32,000 nt of DNA from Isorropodon fossajaponicum endosymbiont JTNG4 (lineage in GTDB: Bacteria > Pseudomonadota > Gammaproteobacteria > PS1 > Pseudothioglobaceae), in assembly GCF_016592615.1 (NCBI RefSeq), contig NZ_AP013043.1:1260001-1292000 (forward strand), given 5' to 3'. The position numbers and the translations under genes are program-made. The stretch's first letter is position 1; every line of letters starts with the position of its first letter. This document shows, in pieces, positions 30,257 through 32,000 of this stretch. The notes under the pieces are model-generated. The model made no database searches. It saw nothing but the letters and a program-made list of their open reading frames with translations, and had not been told where the DNA came from.

Positions 30257-31575
30257 TTGGATAAATTCTGATACAAATCTATCAACTGCTCTAAGCGCTC
30301 AATTTTAACTGTTAAGACATCAAACAAATCTCGCGACTGGGTAACAGATTTTGCTCGCTGGTAACGAGTAACACTTTCACTTAACTTGCCTTGCAATACC
30401 AATGCCTTTGCGTTGTGCATATGCACGCGATCTAACTTGCCAGCACTTACATATAAAGATGAAAGTAACTTATGAGAATGATAAGTGCCCACATTAAGTT
30501 TTAAATAACGCCTCAATATACCAACACCCTTAGTGATTTTATTATTAGCTGCATAAGCTTTAGCTGCATAATATATGCTAGTTTCGCTGTCATTCACTTT
30601 GGAAAAATATGCTTGTGCCTTATCTATTTGCGCAAGTTTTGAATAAATTCTACCTGCAAGAATATAAGTTGGATTGTCATGATTTAGTTTTAAAAGTTGA
30701 CTAATGTGATTTTTAGCTTGTCGATACTTTTGTTTCTCTAAAGCATCGTAAGCGTACATATACAAGTTGAGTACTTTGTTTGTTTCCAATTTAATACGCT
30801 TATGTTGATGGTAATACAACTTAGCCTTAATGGTTAAATACTCAAATGAATCTGCTCGATAATCACCACGCTCTCTAGCAGAGCGTTGTATAGAATCAGA
30901 AATCCTATTGATGCTGAGCGGATGGGTGCGTAAGAATTCATTTACACCTGGATTGTCTTTAAGTTTTTTAAAAAAGTTCGCCATGCCTTTAGGGTCAAAG
31001 CCAGATTTTAATAGCATTTTAGTCCCTATCCGATCCGCCTCCCACTCATGTGCACGGGTAAAATTAATACTTTGCTGTGCAATTGCTGCAACGCCAGAAA
31101 CTGCAATGGTGGAATTATTCGCCAATACTGCAGCCAGCATACTAGCCAACATTATATAAGTTTGCTTGCCTGTCTTCTCACTAAAACGAGTCAAATGGCT
31201 TTGAGTAACATGTGATATTTCATGAGAAAGAACGCCTGCAAGTTCTGATTCAGAATCAGAACTGAGCAACATGCCAGTATGTACACCAATATAACCATAT
31301 GGACCTGAAAAAGCATTAATACTATCATCGTTCAGCATAAAAAAATCAAGGTGCTTAGATGGATTCTCACTATAAATAGACAATTCTTGACCTAATTTTT
31401 TTAAATAAACTTGAGTTTCAATATCCGCCACCACAGAACTGGTATCCCAAATAATTTGTAAAAATTCATTACCTTGTTTTTGCTCCTGTAGCGACTCGGA
31501 CAAGACCAGCTCAGGCACCTCTAATGCAAACGTAGGTAAAACAATCAATATCCACATTACTAAAAGTTTAATCAT
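30253..31575 (-). CDS. bepA: M48-family periplasmic metalloprotease with C-terminal TPR-like region (BepA/YfgC-like)
   Basis: Signal peptide, HEISHV zinc motif, downstream E (EWEADRIG), and a helical repeat C-terminal half. Confidence 0.75.
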   Translation of the reverse strand: MIKLLVMWILIVLPTFALEVPELVLSESLQEQKQGNEFLQIIWDTSSVVADIETQVYLKKLGQELSIYSENPSKHLDFFMLNDDSINAFSGPYGYIGVHTGMLLSSDSESELAGVLSHEISHVTQSHLTRFSEKTGKQTYIMLASMLAAVLANNSTIAVSGVAAIAQQSINFTRAHEWEADRIGTKMLLKSGFDPKGMANFFKKLKDNPGVNEFLRTHPLSINRISDSIQRSARERGDYRADSFEYLTIKAKLYYHQHKRIKLETNKVLNLYMYAYDALEKQKYRQAKNHISQLLKLNHDNPTYILAGRIYSKLAQIDKAQAYFSKVNDSETSIYYAAKAYAANNKITKGVGILRRYLKLNVGTYHSHKLLSSLYVSAGKLDRVHMHNAKALVLQGKLSESVTRYQRAKSVTQSRDLFDVLTVKIERLEQLIDLYQNLSN

Positions 31576-31588
31576 GTACTTATTATAT

Positions 31589-31617
31589 TTGACTCTTTAC
31601 CGTTGGACGACTAAAAT
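31589..31617 (+). promoter_or_regulatory. Candidate sigma70 promoter for tusA: TTGACT, 17 nt spacer, TAAAAT
   Basis: -35 at 31589-31594 and -10 at 31612-31617, with the spacer counted as 17 nt. AAGGAG ribosome-binding site before the ATG at 31687. Confidence 0.45.
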
Positions 31618-31686
31618 AGCTGAAATTATTAGTTATTTCTAATATGTTTATTATTTAAACTTTAAAAAAATATAAGGAGTCCACAA

Positions 31687-31911
31687 ATGGCTGACGAAAC
31701 TTTAGACGCATCAGGCTTAAACTGCCCATTACCAATTTTAAAAACTAAGAAAGCATTATCCAAAATGGATGCTGGTAAAATCTTAGACGTAATTTCAACT
31801 GATGCTGGTTCAGTAAAAGACATTGAAGCTTTTTGTAATCAAACAGGTAATAAACTTATATCCACTGTTGAAGAAAGTGGTAAATACATCTTCACCATTG
31901 AAAAGGCTTAA
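31687..31911 (+). CDS. tusA: TusA-family sulfur carrier protein
   Basis: 74 aa with LDASGLNCPLPILKTKKAL (the CP active-site motif). Confidence 0.82.
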   Translation: MADETLDASGLNCPLPILKTKKALSKMDAGKILDVISTDAGSVKDIEAFCNQTGNKLISTVEESGKYIFTIEKA

Positions 31912-31939
31912 GTACTAATTATTTCATAGGAGAATCATT

Positions 31940-32000
31940 ATGTCAGACAATAAAAAAATGACTATTATTGCCACCAAAGGAACTTTTGATTGGGCTTTTC
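31940..32000 (+). CDS. Start of a DsrE/DsrF-like (COG2210-type) protein, truncated by the window edge
   Basis: AGGAG then ATG 31940: MSDNKKMTIIATKGTFDWAF... Only 20 codons are visible. The call rests on the N-terminal pattern and tusA adjacency. Confidence 0.4.
   Translation, partial: MSDNKKMTIIATKGTFDWAF

Noticed and set aside
30016-31159. ORFs 30016-30225(-) and 30908-31159(+).
   Set aside because: Antisense to rpiA and to the bepA-like gene.

Overview
AT-rich, tightly packed bacterial chromosome segment. Gene content suggests a gammaproteobacterial sulfur-oxidising chemoautotroph or reduced symbiont (inference only).

Layout (most genes on the minus strand):
- 1-11488: NADH:quinone oxidoreductase operon nuoA to nuoL; nuoL runs off the left edge.
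- 11587-16546: tldD, a short yhdP-like gene, cytochrome c5 and an asparaginase-domain gene.
- 16543-18103: small accessory islet with two stop-interrupted lipoprotein-like genes and a ParD-like/RelE-ParE toxin-antitoxin pair with a perfect palindromic operator.
- 18171-20496: a broken yggS, a pyrK-like gene and argB.
- 20547-27830: copper island with an intact copA P-type ATPase, followed by alternating c-type cytochrome and multicopper oxidase genes, most of them visibly decayed.
- 27842-32000: hemW, rdgB, rpiA, a bepA-like M48 protease, tusA and the start of a DsrE-like gene.

Main observation: the normally contiguous nuo operon is interrupted twice, at gene junctions, by co-oriented small foreign cassettes.
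- A DUF4160/DUF2442 pair sits between nuoK and nuoL.
- A dCTP-deaminase-fold ORF fused to the remnant of an HI0073-like minimal nucleotidyltransferase sits between nuoF and nuoG.
- Both are packed with 2-6 nt gaps or ATGA overlaps, and both carry lesions.

Second theme: many nonsense and frameshift lesions are confined to accessory genes, while core genes stay intact.

I recognised no rRNA, tRNA, CRISPR array, transposase or integrase. All homology calls come from reading motifs by eye; nothing was searched or computed.
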